Below, piece by piece: positions 9,124 through 17,868 of a stretch of 42,277 nucleotides of DNA; the stretch's first letter is position 1, and every line of letters begins with the position of its first letter. Location of the stretch: assembly GCA_001778285.1 (NCBI GenBank), contig MFGL01000020.1, positions 36,881-79,157 on the forward strand, given 5' to 3'. This DNA comes from Candidatus Falkowbacteria bacterium RIFOXYC2_FULL_47_12 (lineage in GTDB: Bacteria > Patescibacteriota > Patescibacteriia > Patescibacteriales > XYC2-FULL-47-12). The position numbers and the translations under genes were made by a program. The notes under the pieces are model-generated. The model did no database searches. It was not told where the DNA came from and worked only from the letters and a program-made list of their open reading frames with translations.

Positions 9124-10283
9124 GCTTGACAATTTAATAGTAAAGAACTATCACCATCAATAAATTTAACAATCTTTTTTGCGCGTTCCTGCCAGTCGTA
9201 ACCGCGCGCTTGCCCAGACACCGCCTGCGCCAGCGTGCGGGCAAGAACTCGGTTATTTAAAAGCATATTTATTTTCTCCGCCAAATCCGCCGAATTATCC
9301 GGCTCGCATAACAACGCGTTTTCGTTATTTTTTAAATACCCCTGAAAACTCTCTACATTGCTCGCCACAATCGGCACATTGCTGGCCATATACTCAAACA
9401 ATTTTATCGGCGTCGTATACTTGGCCGAACGCTCTTCTCGCGCGGTATTGGGCAAAACCAGCACGTCAGCTGATTTTATAAACTTGATAATTTCAGCATG
9501 CGGGATAAATTCATGAACGCGCACGTTGGTCAGTTTTTTTTCTAAAATGTAACTTTCAACTTTTTGTCTGTCCTGTGGTATGCCGCCGATTAAAATAATC
9601 ATGCCTTTGATAAATTTCGCCGCATCAAGCAATGTGTAGACTCCCTTCCAGGCGTAGAAATGGCCAACATAAAGCACCGCCGGCTCATCCGGTTTGAAGC
9701 CAAATGTATCTGTCCATACATTTTTATCGGCAGAAACATTTGCAAAGGCCTCAATATCCACGCCGTTGGGAGCTACGATATATGAATGTGCGTCTACGCC
9801 TTCCCTCTGATACAGATTTTCCAAAGCCTGCGCCACAATCACTTTTTTTGGAATTGTTTTGATAAACCAACGATACAGCCAACGCCAGCGTTTTTTAGGC
9901 TCATGATCTTCAAAAATGATATTTTTACCAACCAATGAAAGCCAAAAACAAATGGTGATATCGCGTGAATAAATGGCATCAGCCCGACTAAACAATACGT
10001 AAGCAAACGCCAGAAATCCGAAAGTCAGGCGCTGTAGAATAAAGTATGCGTGCTGCCAGTACGTTTCCAACCAGCCACAAACATTGGGAATGTACGTTAT
10101 CTCAAGAGGTACGGCAAGGTTATAATAATTCTCCAGAGAATCGGTAATGGTATTGCGCCGGCGAGGGGCGACCAATGTTATCTCTACCCCCTGTTTTTGC
10201 AACGCCTCAATGGTTTTGATAATTTGCCAGCCGTGAGCTTTTTCAGTAGGCAGGCGCGAATTGGCAAGATACAAGAGGCGCAT
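9120..10283 (-). CDS. GT4-family (GT-B) glycosyltransferase
   Basis: The likely start is MRLLYLANS (ATG 10281-10283), 1 nt after the stop of the HTH gene. The C-terminal part has ...TPIKLFEYMASNVPIVAS, typical of GT4. Confidence 0.85.
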   Translation of the reverse strand: MRLLYLANSRLPTEKAHGWQIIKTIEALQKQGVEITLVAPRRRNTITDSLENYYNLAVPLEITYIPNVCGWLETYWQHAYFILQRLTFGFLAFAYVLFSRADAIYSRDITICFWLSLVGKNIIFEDHEPKKRWRWLYRWFIKTIPKKVIVAQALENLYQREGVDAHSYIVAPNGVDIEAFANVSADKNVWTDTFGFKPDEPAVLYVGHFYAWKGVYTLLDAAKFIKGMIILIGGIPQDRQKVESYILEKKLTNVRVHEFIPHAEIIKFIKSADVLVLPNTAREERSAKYTTPIKLFEYMASNVPIVASNVESFQGYLKNNENALLCEPDNSADLAEKINMLLNNRVLARTLAQAVSGQARGYDWQERAKKIVKFIDGDSSLLLNCQA

Positions 10284-10284
10284 A

Positions 10285-10545
10285 CTAAACGGGCCATTTA
10301 TTAATAACATCAACCGCTCGTTTTTTTATTTTCAAGTACATTTTTTCTGATTTTTTCTCAAGTTCAGGGGAAATAAGGCGCAATATTTCCTTACCCATAA
10401 TGCGGTATTGTCCTCCGACTTTATTTGCTTTGAGAATGCCTCTTTTAAGCAACCGTTTTATAGTACTTTCGCTAATTTTAAGCAAATTTTGAGCCTCGGC
10501 AGTCGTATATACAGCATTCTCTTTTATTTCTTCAGACATGTGCAT
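10285..10545 (-). CDS. Excisionase/MerR-type helix-turn-helix (HTH_17-like) DNA-binding protein
   Basis: 86 aa. YTTAEAQNLLKISESTIKRLLKRGILKANKVGGQYRI matches the excisionase-family HTH pattern. ATG at 10543-10545, with an alternative at 10537-10539. Confidence 0.7.
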   Translation of the reverse strand: MHMSEEIKENAVYTTAEAQNLLKISESTIKRLLKRGILKANKVGGQYRIMGKEILRLISPELEKKSEKMYLKIKKRAVDVINKWPV

Positions 10546-10567
10546 AACGCAAATAGATTACATGTAT

Positions 10568-10596
10568 ATTGTACCAAAGGTATCAAAAGGTGTCAA
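10568..10596 (-). promoter_or_regulatory. Sigma70-like promoter for the HTH gene and downstream genes
   Basis: On the minus strand there is TTGACA (plus 10591-10596), an exact 17-nt spacer, then TACAAT (plus 10568-10573). This sits 22 nt upstream of the ATG at 10545. Confidence 0.55.
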
Positions 10597-10608
10597 AAGG
10601 TGTCAAAA
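10579..10608. repeat. Three tandem 10-bp direct repeats (GGTATCAAAA GGTGTCAAAA GGTGTCAAAA)
   Basis: Read directly from the sequence. The repeats are spaced one helical turn apart, and each carries a -35-like TTGACA or TTGATA on the minus strand. Confidence 0.9.
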
Positions 10609-10613
10609 CAAAA

Positions 10614-11792
10614 TTACCAGGCTATTTCTGCCGGAGTCGTTTGATGGTCAGCTACTTTTTTCGCAAGCTCTTCCTGCATTTCGTTACAATTTTTAAATAT
10701 GCCCTCGGGACACGTTTCTTTCCATACATCCATAAGCATGAGGGCTACTCCGGTTTCGGTTGGGTGTTCACCGTCCAGCATATACACATCTTGTATGCCT
10801 ACAGACTTTAAATCGGAAAAATCAAAATAGTGAATATCATGGCTTGCAAATACCACGGCAACGTTTTGTTTGAATGACTGCAAAAAAGACGCATAGTGAG
10901 AATTACTCATAGCCGCATACACTTCGGTTGAAAACGGTGGGGCAATACCGACAACGGTAATACCGCGCGCCCGGGCGAGGGTTAAAAATTCATCCAAAAT
11001 AGCCGGCCCAGCCTCTGCAAACGAGCTGCCAAACGAAAACGGATCATACCCTTCACGCACCCGCTCAATAATCGGCGGCACTTCCCTGTCCACGTAGGTC
11101 ATATCACGGCGCATCTCTGAAATGTAGCCCGCGTATTGCCGGCTGCCGTCATTGCGGAAACCGTTGCCGTGTTCTATGGCATCAATACCTACCGCCCTTC
11201 CCCCGCCAAAAGGATCAATTCCTTTGATAAGGGTAAAAGCGTATGTGGGATGTTTAATGAGCCGGGACAAAACGTAGCGGCTGGCGTACAAATAGGCCCT
11301 CCAATTGTATACTTCTTCCGGTGCGGATAATGCGTCCGTAAATCCCCGATGCCGTAGATACTGGACATCAAACCACCACGTATCAATGCCGACTATTATA
11401 ACTTCCGGAGCGTATTCTTGAGGCAATGCATTTACAAAATCAACCAAATCCATAAGACTGCTGGCCATGCTGCCCGCATTATAAAAGACGCTGCCCTTGC
11501 CAAACATTTCTTTTCTTAATTCCAAAACGCGTGATGAACCAACCGCCAAAATCTCCGGCCGCTGCCGCATAACGCTTAAGTACTTGTACTTAACCGTCTC
11601 GCGTTCAATGATTTGGCGGGCAAAAACATATTCAGCACCGCCTTCGGCCTGTTTATCAACGACTCGTCTAAGCGGCTGGATTTCCCCCGCGTACACGGCG
11701 AAAAATATGGCCACGCCCGTTAACACGGCTACCGGCACTAAAAATAAAGAAAAAATTTTTACAAACATTTTAATGTCTGTGGAATATTTCAT
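10614..11792 (-). CDS. Membrane-anchored DltD/AlgJ-like SGNH-type O-acyltransferase partner
   Basis: 392 aa with an N-terminal TM anchor, a VGSSRV Ser motif near residue 85 and a LDGEHPT (D-x-x-H) motif near the C-terminus. It lies immediately downstream of the MBOAT gene. Confidence 0.55.
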   Translation of the reverse strand: MKYSTDIKMFVKIFSLFLVPVAVLTGVAIFFAVYAGEIQPLRRVVDKQAEGGAEYVFARQIIERETVKYKYLSVMRQRPEILAVGSSRVLELRKEMFGKGSVFYNAGSMASSLMDLVDFVNALPQEYAPEVIIVGIDTWWFDVQYLRHRGFTDALSAPEEVYNWRAYLYASRYVLSRLIKHPTYAFTLIKGIDPFGGGRAVGIDAIEHGNGFRNDGSRQYAGYISEMRRDMTYVDREVPPIIERVREGYDPFSFGSSFAEAGPAILDEFLTLARARGITVVGIAPPFSTEVYAAMSNSHYASFLQSFKQNVAVVFASHDIHYFDFSDLKSVGIQDVYMLDGEHPTETGVALMLMDVWKETCPEGIFKNCNEMQEELAKKVADHQTTPAEIAW

Positions 11793-11803
11793 GCCTTTAT
11801 CGC

Positions 11804-13237
11804 TTAAAATTGAAAATAAATAAACGGGTGATAGCTAAAATTTCCAAAAAATAATATTATGGCTAACAGTATGTAGTATGCCAGCCAACGCCCCCACCGC
11901 GGAATATTTTCAAGGTGCAAAGGGTGCGGCTGGCGACGCTGCCGCCACTCCACGACAAGCAAGCCCGCCACAATGGCCGTCTTTTTGACAAATACCGGTG
12001 AAAAAAAGATAGCCGCATTCGCAAATGATATGTTCTGAAAAATAGTCTGCAAAATATGTAAGGATTCTGTTAAAGATTGAGAGCGAAAAAATACCCAGCC
12101 TACGAGCACTAAAAGAAACGTGAGAATTATATTATGCGCATCGTGCCACTGCGCTTCTTCATGCGTAGCGGCTTTTTTTTCCTGCCTTCTGGCACTCAAA
12201 ATAGTAGGGATAAAACACAAACCGTGCATTGCCCCCCACGCTACGAAAGTCCAGTTTGCTCCGTGCCACAATCCACTGACAACAAAGGTAATAAAAATAT
12301 TTCTAAAATAGAGCCATTTGCTCTGCACGCGGCTCCCGCCCAGCGGAATGAATACATAGTCCCTGAACCAGGACGAGAGCGTGATGTGCCACCGCCGCCA
12401 AAACTCCGGAATGCTGCGGGCAAAATACGGGTAGCGGAAATTTTGACTCAAGCGGATGCCGAATAATTTTGCCGTACCGATGGCGATATCTGAGTAACCG
12501 GAAAAATCGCAATATATTTGAAACGCGAAAAAAAATGTTGCTGCGAAGAGCTGCGGACCGGAAGCAATAGCGGCATTGCCATAAACATATTGAACAATTT
12601 CTGCCAAATTGTCGGCAATAACAATTTTTTTAAAAAGGCCCCACAACATTTGGCGCATCCCATCGTAAGCGTCGGATAACACGAAGGTGCGTGCGCAGCG
12701 AAACTGGACCAGCAAATCGGAAGCCCGTTCGATAGGTCCGGCAACCAGCTGTGGAAAAAAAGAAACAAACGTGAAGAATTCGACAATATTACGCGTGGGC
12801 TGTATTTTACCTTGGTACACTTCTATGGTGTAACTCATCGTCTGGAACGTATAAAAACTGATGCCCACCGGCAGAATAATATACAACGTACCTAGTGAAA
12901 CTTCGGGCACACCAAAAAAAATAAGCGCGTCCTGCAACGAACTTGCAAAAAAATTAAAGTATTTAAACAATCCCAAAATTGACAAATTAATGCCAATGCT
13001 CAACCACAGCCAATGCTTTTTATGTCGTAACTGGCTCGCAGAACTGATTTTTTGGCCAATAATGTAATCAGCCAGACTGGAAATAAAAATGAGTGACAAA
13101 AAACGCCAATCCCACCACCCATAGAAAACGTAACTGCAAAAGAGCAGAAACACATTCTGCCCTTTCTTTGATAATCTCCAGTAGATGAGAAACGTGAGCG
13201 CGAGAAAAATGAGGAAGGTGGGAGAATTGAAGATCAC
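11804..13237 (-). CDS. MBOAT-family membrane-bound O-acyltransferase (AlgI/DltB-like)
   Basis: Conserved WRRWHITLSSWFRDYVFIPLGGSR His motif in a polytopic protein. The start is uncertain. I favour GTG 13235-13237 (giving MIFNSPTFLIF), which lies downstream of the aminotransferase stop at 13249. Confidence 0.8.
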   Translation of the reverse strand: MIFNSPTFLIFLALTFLIYWRLSKKGQNVFLLFCSYVFYGWWDWRFLSLIFISSLADYIIGQKISSASQLRHKKHWLWLSIGINLSILGLFKYFNFFASSLQDALIFFGVPEVSLGTLYIILPVGISFYTFQTMSYTIEVYQGKIQPTRNIVEFFTFVSFFPQLVAGPIERASDLLVQFRCARTFVLSDAYDGMRQMLWGLFKKIVIADNLAEIVQYVYGNAAIASGPQLFAATFFFAFQIYCDFSGYSDIAIGTAKLFGIRLSQNFRYPYFARSIPEFWRRWHITLSSWFRDYVFIPLGGSRVQSKWLYFRNIFITFVVSGLWHGANWTFVAWGAMHGLCFIPTILSARRQEKKAATHEEAQWHDAHNIILTFLLVLVGWVFFRSQSLTESLHILQTIFQNISFANAAIFFSPVFVKKTAIVAGLLVVEWRQRRQPHPLHLENIPRWGRWLAYYILLAIILFFGNFSYHPFIYFQF

Positions 13238-13248
13238 GACAGTAAAAT

Positions 13249-14355
13249 TTAAAGACGATAAGCGTTGCAGGCCGCGGCAATGTAGTTGGCTTGTTCCAAG
13301 GTCATAGTCGGATATATCGGCAGGCTGATAACGCTGGCATGCAACGCCTCGCTGACGGGGTAAATCTGCGTATCCCAATCAGAAAACGCCTCTTGCTTAT
13401 GCGGCGCAACCGGGTAATGAATAACGGTTTGAATTTCGCGGTCTTGTAAGTATTGCTGAAAATGATCGCGATTTTCGGTGCGAACCACAAACAAATGCCA
13501 CACGTGCGATTCGCGATGCAATGCCGGTTGAGGCAAGACAAGCGCGGCATTGGTAATGTGCTGCAAATAAAACTCCGCCACTGTCCGGCGTTTTTCATTT
13601 TCTCCATCCAAATATTTCAACTTTACGGATAGCACTGCCGCTTGCAAGGCATCCAGGCGGCTGTTAACGCCCTGGTATTGGTTATAATATTTTTTGTGAC
13701 TGCCGTAGTTGCGCAATGCCCGGACTATCTCGGCCAAAGCCGGATCATTGGTAGTTACGGCTCCGCCATCGCCCAGAGCGCCGAGATTTTTACCAGGGTA
13801 AAAGCTAAATCCGCCGGCGTCTCCGAGTGAGCCAGTTCTTTTGTCTTGCAATATTGCCCCATGCGCTTGGGCGCAATCTTCAATGATTTTTAAGCCATGT
13901 GCGTTAGCAATTTTCTGCATTCTCTGTGAATACCCCACCTGCCCGTAGAGATGAACCACCATGATCGCCTTTGTTTTTACAGTGATAATATCCTCCAGTC
14001 TATTCACGTCTATGTTATAGGTGCTGGTGTCCGGTTCAACCAGTACCGGTTTTAAACGATTTTCAGTAATAGCTAAGATGGTAGCGATATACGTGTTGGC
14101 CGGAACTAAAATCTCATCACCCTCATGAAGTATATCCAACTCTTTGTAGGCGCGAATAATTAATGTCAGCGCGTCCAAACCGTTGCCGCTACCTATGGCG
14201 TGCTTAACGCCGCAGTAACGCGTGAACTCGGCTTCAAACTGTTCCACTTCTTTTCCCAGTATATATTGGCCGGAATCAAACACACGCGTTATAGCCGCCA
14301 TAATTTCCTCGCGGTGCGCGGCGTTAATAGCGCGCAAGTCTAAAAAAGGAATCAT
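13249..14355 (-). CDS. DegT/DnrJ/EryC1/StrS-family PLP-dependent sugar aminotransferase
   Basis: [18 protein letters not shown]...[16 protein letters not shown] and [16 protein letters not shown] (PLP lysine). ATG at 14353-14355. Confidence 0.9.
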   Translation of the reverse strand: MIPFLDLRAINAAHREEIMAAITRVFDSGQYILGKEVEQFEAEFTRYCGVKHAIGSGNGLDALTLIIRAYKELDILHEGDEILVPANTYIATILAITENRLKPVLVEPDTSTYNIDVNRLEDIITVKTKAIMVVHLYGQVGYSQRMQKIANAHGLKIIEDCAQAHGAILQDKRTGSLGDAGGFSFYPGKNLGALGDGGAVTTNDPALAEIVRALRNYGSHKKYYNQYQGVNSRLDALQAAVLSVKLKYLDGENEKRRTVAEFYLQHITNAALVLPQPALHRESHVWHLFVVRTENRDHFQQYLQDREIQTVIHYPVAPHKQEAFSDWDTQIYPVSEALHASVISLPIYPTMTLEQANYIAAACNAYRL

Positions 14356-14360
14356 ATATT

Positions 14361-15626
14361 CTACATTTCTATCACCTTGCACTCCGGCAAGGGCAAAACA
14401 AATTTGGATTTAATGCCTTTGTCTCGCCAATTTTTCATAATGTAATCAGCGTAATGCCAGGCTAAAATAACTATGTAGTCCGGCTTTTCTTCCAAAATAA
14501 TCTTATTGTCTATAATGGGAATGTGCGTACCGGGCAGGTATTTGCCTACTTTTTCGGAATTAGGCAGCTGTGCGATATAAGGCAGGAGCGTGTGGTCAAG
14601 TCCGTAGTAGTTCACGAGTACCGCGCCGCGTCCCGGACAGGAATCAGCCACAAAGCGTAAGCCTTTCTCTTTGGCTTCGTACGCCAGCTCCATAAAACGG
14701 AGGCGATTACGTGTAACGCGTCCCCGCCATGCGGCCCAGGTTTCGGGCTTGAACAATCCTTTTTGCTCTTCCAATGCGAGTAATTCCCCTACGCGCGCAC
14801 TAACCGGATGTGTACCTTTTCGCGCCGCGTAAGCGCGAATGTTGCCGCCGTATCGCGATGCGCGCTGTACGTCAAACACTTCCAAATTGTAGTACGGGAA
14901 AAGCGTTACCAATGATTTAAAACTGTACGTACGGATGTGTTCGTGATAAATACCTTCAAACTGGTTGTTCTCCAGTACGTCCAAAAGGTACTGGCTTTCG
15001 GTGATAAATATGCCGTCCTTGTCCAAAAGCTGGCAGAGACCGCGCATAACCTCACCTAAGGGAGCCATGTGGGCGAATACGTTCGTCATGGTTGCTACTT
15101 TGGCAGGACCATACTCATGCACGATATTTCGTGCCACCTCTTCGGTAAAAAAACTCTGGATGGTTTCAATATTATTTTCAATTCTCGCGATTTTGGCGAT
15201 GTTTGTCGGCTCTACGCCGAGTGTTCGCATACCTAGATCACGAAAGCCGGTCAAAAGCGTGCCGTCGTTACTGCCGATGTCAACACAGAGTGAACCGGGG
15301 GCTACCCGGAACTGCTGCAAAACGTCGCCGGCAAAAGTGCGCTGGTAGACGCGCAATGGTTCGGAAATGCCGCTGCGGTAAGGATAATCCGCCGGGTAAA
15401 TGGTTGCCCCGTCCACTATGTAGTCCAGCTGTGCCAATCCAGAATCAGGACACATCATGAGACGCAATGGATACGTAACTTCGGGCTGACGGAGCATTTC
15501 TTTGCTCAAAAGCGCGTCGCAGGGCGGCTGATGGCCCAGGTCAATGATTTCAAACAGGTTGGTGGAGCCGGTTATCTGGCAGCGTTCAAGTTTTCCCGGG
15601 GCAACATCGTGTCCAAGTAACTGCAT
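14361..15626 (-). CDS. TylCIII-like NDP-hexose C-methyltransferase (class I SAM MT with an N-terminal Cys-containing domain)
   Basis: The N-terminus has [22 protein letters not shown]. The SAM motif is [14 protein letters not shown]-terminal extension is typical of sugar C-methyltransferases. ATG at 15624-15626; the track start is a TTG. Confidence 0.7.
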   Translation of the reverse strand: MQLLGHDVAPGKLERCQITGSTNLFEIIDLGHQPPCDALLSKEMLRQPEVTYPLRLMMCPDSGLAQLDYIVDGATIYPADYPYRSGISEPLRVYQRTFAGDVLQQFRVAPGSLCVDIGSNDGTLLTGFRDLGMRTLGVEPTNIAKIARIENNIETIQSFFTEEVARNIVHEYGPAKVATMTNVFAHMAPLGEVMRGLCQLLDKDGIFITESQYLLDVLENNQFEGIYHEHIRTYSFKSLVTLFPYYNLEVFDVQRASRYGGNIRAYAARKGTHPVSARVGELLALEEQKGLFKPETWAAWRGRVTRNRLRFMELAYEAKEKGLRFVADSCPGRGAVLVNYYGLDHTLLPYIAQLPNSEKVGKYLPGTHIPIIDNKIILEEKPDYIVILAWHYADYIMKNWRDKGIKSKFVLPLPECKVIEM

Positions 15627-15661
15627 AGTGTAAGGTTGCAAAGTAGATTAACTGATGCACA

Positions 15662-16408
15662 CTAAGTATCTCTAGATTGGCTGTGTTTGTCAAACTTCTT
15701 GCCCCATCCCAGCATTAGTTCCAGCCACAAAAAAATAAGTTGCCAGAGAGTGCCGGCGACGCGGCGAAAGCTGAAAAACTGGGACTTGCCGTAGGTGCGC
15801 TCATAGTGATGCACACCAACTTCAGTGAAACGAAAACCGGCTAGTTGGATTTTTTTCACCATCTCAATAATAACCGTGCCCGTGCTCCTAGTCAGCGCAA
15901 TCTTGTCAAATACCGAACGGCGAATCAGACGAAAATCGCAGTCCGGGTCCCGGATAGGCAACTGAAACGCAAAATTCATGACGCGCTGGTAAAGTTTACC
16001 GATAAGCACACGATGCCACGGATCATGACGTTTTAGTTTATAGCCGTTCACCACGTCAACATCATCGTGCATTTTTTCCCACAGCAACGGCAGCTCTTTC
16101 ACATCATACTGCCCGTCTCCGTCAGTGTAAAATACCAGTTCCTTGTTCGCCGCCTTAAAACCGTCCTGCAACACCGCGCCATAGCCCTGATTCTTTTCAT
16201 GAAATATTAATCTTAAATACGCAGTTTTTTCCTGCAGTTCTCGTAACGCTTCGCGGCTGCCGTCCGTTGAACCGTCGTCAATGACAATCACCTCATAACT
16301 ATCCGTTAGTTTCTCTGCCGTATCTTTGGCTTTAACAACCAACATGGCTATCGTTCCCTTATCATTGTAGCAAGGAAAAAAAATGGAGAGGCTCGGCTGA
16401 TGATTCAT
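15662..16408 (-). CDS. GT2 polyprenol-phosphate glycosyltransferase (Dpm1/ArnC/GtrB-like)
   Basis: LSIFFPCYND, VIVIDDGSTDGS and YTDGDGQYD (DxD) motifs in a 248-aa protein. Confidence 0.8.
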   Translation of the reverse strand: MNHQPSLSIFFPCYNDKGTIAMLVVKAKDTAEKLTDSYEVIVIDDGSTDGSREALRELQEKTAYLRLIFHEKNQGYGAVLQDGFKAANKELVFYTDGDGQYDVKELPLLWEKMHDDVDVVNGYKLKRHDPWHRVLIGKLYQRVMNFAFQLPIRDPDCDFRLIRRSVFDKIALTRSTGTVIIEMVKKIQLAGFRFTEVGVHHYERTYGKSQFFSFRRVAGTLWQLIFLWLELMLGWGKKFDKHSQSRDT

Positions 16409-16415
16409 AATAGTA

Positions 16416-17030
16416 TTATTTTACCAAAAATACATAATAACCGCTCGTTTGCTTGCTGTTGACCTTATGAAATAGCTTGTCCAGCGCCCCTGCCAGATGT
16501 TTCAATACGGCATACGTGCCCAGCGGATTGATGTGCAGCCAGGTTGCCAGCGCGCCGCGCACATTTTGCATTTCCACGCGGGAAAAATCTTTGCTTAGAT
16601 AACGCAGAGCATCTTCGCTAAACCGCCAGTAGTCTTTATAGTAACCGACTTCAGCGTGGTAGTAAAATAAAAAAGGCACGTACACGAGGCAGTACCCGCC
16701 GGGCTTAAGCACGCGATATAGCTCTTGATAGGCTTGTATTGGGTTTTCAACGTGCTCTAAAATTGCTAGGCATAAAATGGCTTCCTGACTGTTATCGACA
16801 AACGGCAGTGCGTGAATGTCGCCAATAATATCAGGGTAGAAATCCGGCACGGGGTCTAAAATTTTGTAATCAACTTTTTTCACGTACGGCAAAACCCACT
16901 GCCGATTTTTATCATAGCGGTTGCCCCTGTCTTTCAGGACGCGCAAACCGCCGCCGATGTCAACAATACTTTGGCATTCCGTAAAAATTTTGATAATTTT
17001 TTCTTTGAAAAATTGATCCCAAGGGGTCAT
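16416..17030 (-). CDS. Class I SAM-dependent methyltransferase
   Basis: 204 aa with VDIGGG and LKPGGYCLV motifs (Methyltransf_11-like). Confidence 0.75.
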   Translation of the reverse strand: MTPWDQFFKEKIIKIFTECQSIVDIGGGLRVLKDRGNRYDKNRQWVLPYVKKVDYKILDPVPDFYPDIIGDIHALPFVDNSQEAILCLAILEHVENPIQAYQELYRVLKPGGYCLVYVPFLFYYHAEVGYYKDYWRFSEDALRYLSKDFSRVEMQNVRGALATWLHINPLGTYAVLKHLAGALDKLFHKVNSKQTSGYYVFLVK

Positions 17031-17049
17031 GCGTTTACATTTTTAACAG

Positions 17050-17868
17050 TTAATGAAAAATCTGCCTAAAACGATAGTAGCTGATGATTACGTGATAACG
17101 TACATACCGCCACACGTGTTGAGGCGGCAAGCTGTAGCGAAAACCGTGTCGACAATATACTTTCAGGGATTTGTACACAACATTGCCTGCCCGCAAAAAA
17201 TTGCGTAACGATGCGGAAACAAGGACCATTTTTGCCGTCCGTGACGCGCCAGGCGCAAACATTTTTTGCCGCGTCAAGAAAAGGTAATAATTGTCTTTTT
17301 TGACAGCTTCGCGGTACGAAGGGATGAAGTAGCTGTAGCAAGGCTGCGTTAGCTTAACTATTTTCACATCGTCAGGCAAATACAACTTCTCATGCACCAT
17401 TTTTGAGCCTTTCCAAGCCGCTCCGCTTTGCATATTATACAGGCGCAAAATATAGGAGGATTCATGAAAACTGTGCTCTATAATCCTATTACCCATGATG
17501 ACTTTTTTGACGACATAGTAGGCGGTCTTTACGTCCGGATTGGCGTTTAAAACACTGCGGACTTCCGCCACAAAACCTGCGGATAGATATTCGTCAGAAT
17601 CAACTAGCAAAAGCCAGTCATGTTTTCGCAAACTGTCCGCCTTCTTTCTCATCTCGGTAAAATCTTTAATGCGCACATTCTTTTCATCGGTATCGTACTG
17701 TTTATAAACCGGCACGTCAAACTCTTGAGCGATAGCTATGGTGTCGTCCGTGCTGTTGCCATCAAGAATATACACGTCATCAAAATCCTTAACGCTTTCC
17801 AGACAGCGGCGCAAGTTTTTGCCCGAATTTAAGGTAAGGATAGAAATGGAACAAGGAATTTTATTCAT
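17050..17868 (-). CDS. GT2-family glycosyltransferase
   Basis: SISILTLNSGKNLRRCLESV, YILDGNSTDDT and LLVDSDE motifs. The ATG overlaps the upstream stop (ATGA). Confidence 0.8.
   Translation of the reverse strand: MNKIPCSISILTLNSGKNLRRCLESVKDFDDVYILDGNSTDDTIAIAQEFDVPVYKQYDTDEKNVRIKDFTEMRKKADSLRKHDWLLLVDSDEYLSAGFVAEVRSVLNANPDVKTAYYVVKKVIMGNRIIEHSFHESSYILRLYNMQSGAAWKGSKMVHEKLYLPDDVKIVKLTQPCYSYFIPSYREAVKKDNYYLFLTRQKMFAPGASRTAKMVLVSASLRNFLRAGNVVYKSLKVYCRHGFRYSLPPQHVWRYVRYHVIISYYRFRQIFH

Noticed and set aside
10285-10545. Reading the excisionase-like gene as a marker of a prophage or integrative element.
   Set aside because: The window has no integrase, recombinase, phage or conjugation genes and no flanking att-like direct repeats. 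The gene is translationally coupled to a glycosyltransferase, so a regulatory role is more likely.
13238-13378. The long N-terminal extension of the MBOAT ORF ([11 protein letters not shown]...).
   Set aside because: It overlaps the 3' end of the aminotransferase gene by 130 nt and is not MBOAT-like. The MBOAT-typical N-terminus (IFNSPTFLIF) begins just after a GTG at 13237. Similar ORF-track extensions beginning at TTG/GTG were trimmed at 7147-7251, 8093-8140, 9124-9132, 10284-10313, 15627-15641 and 20925-20945.
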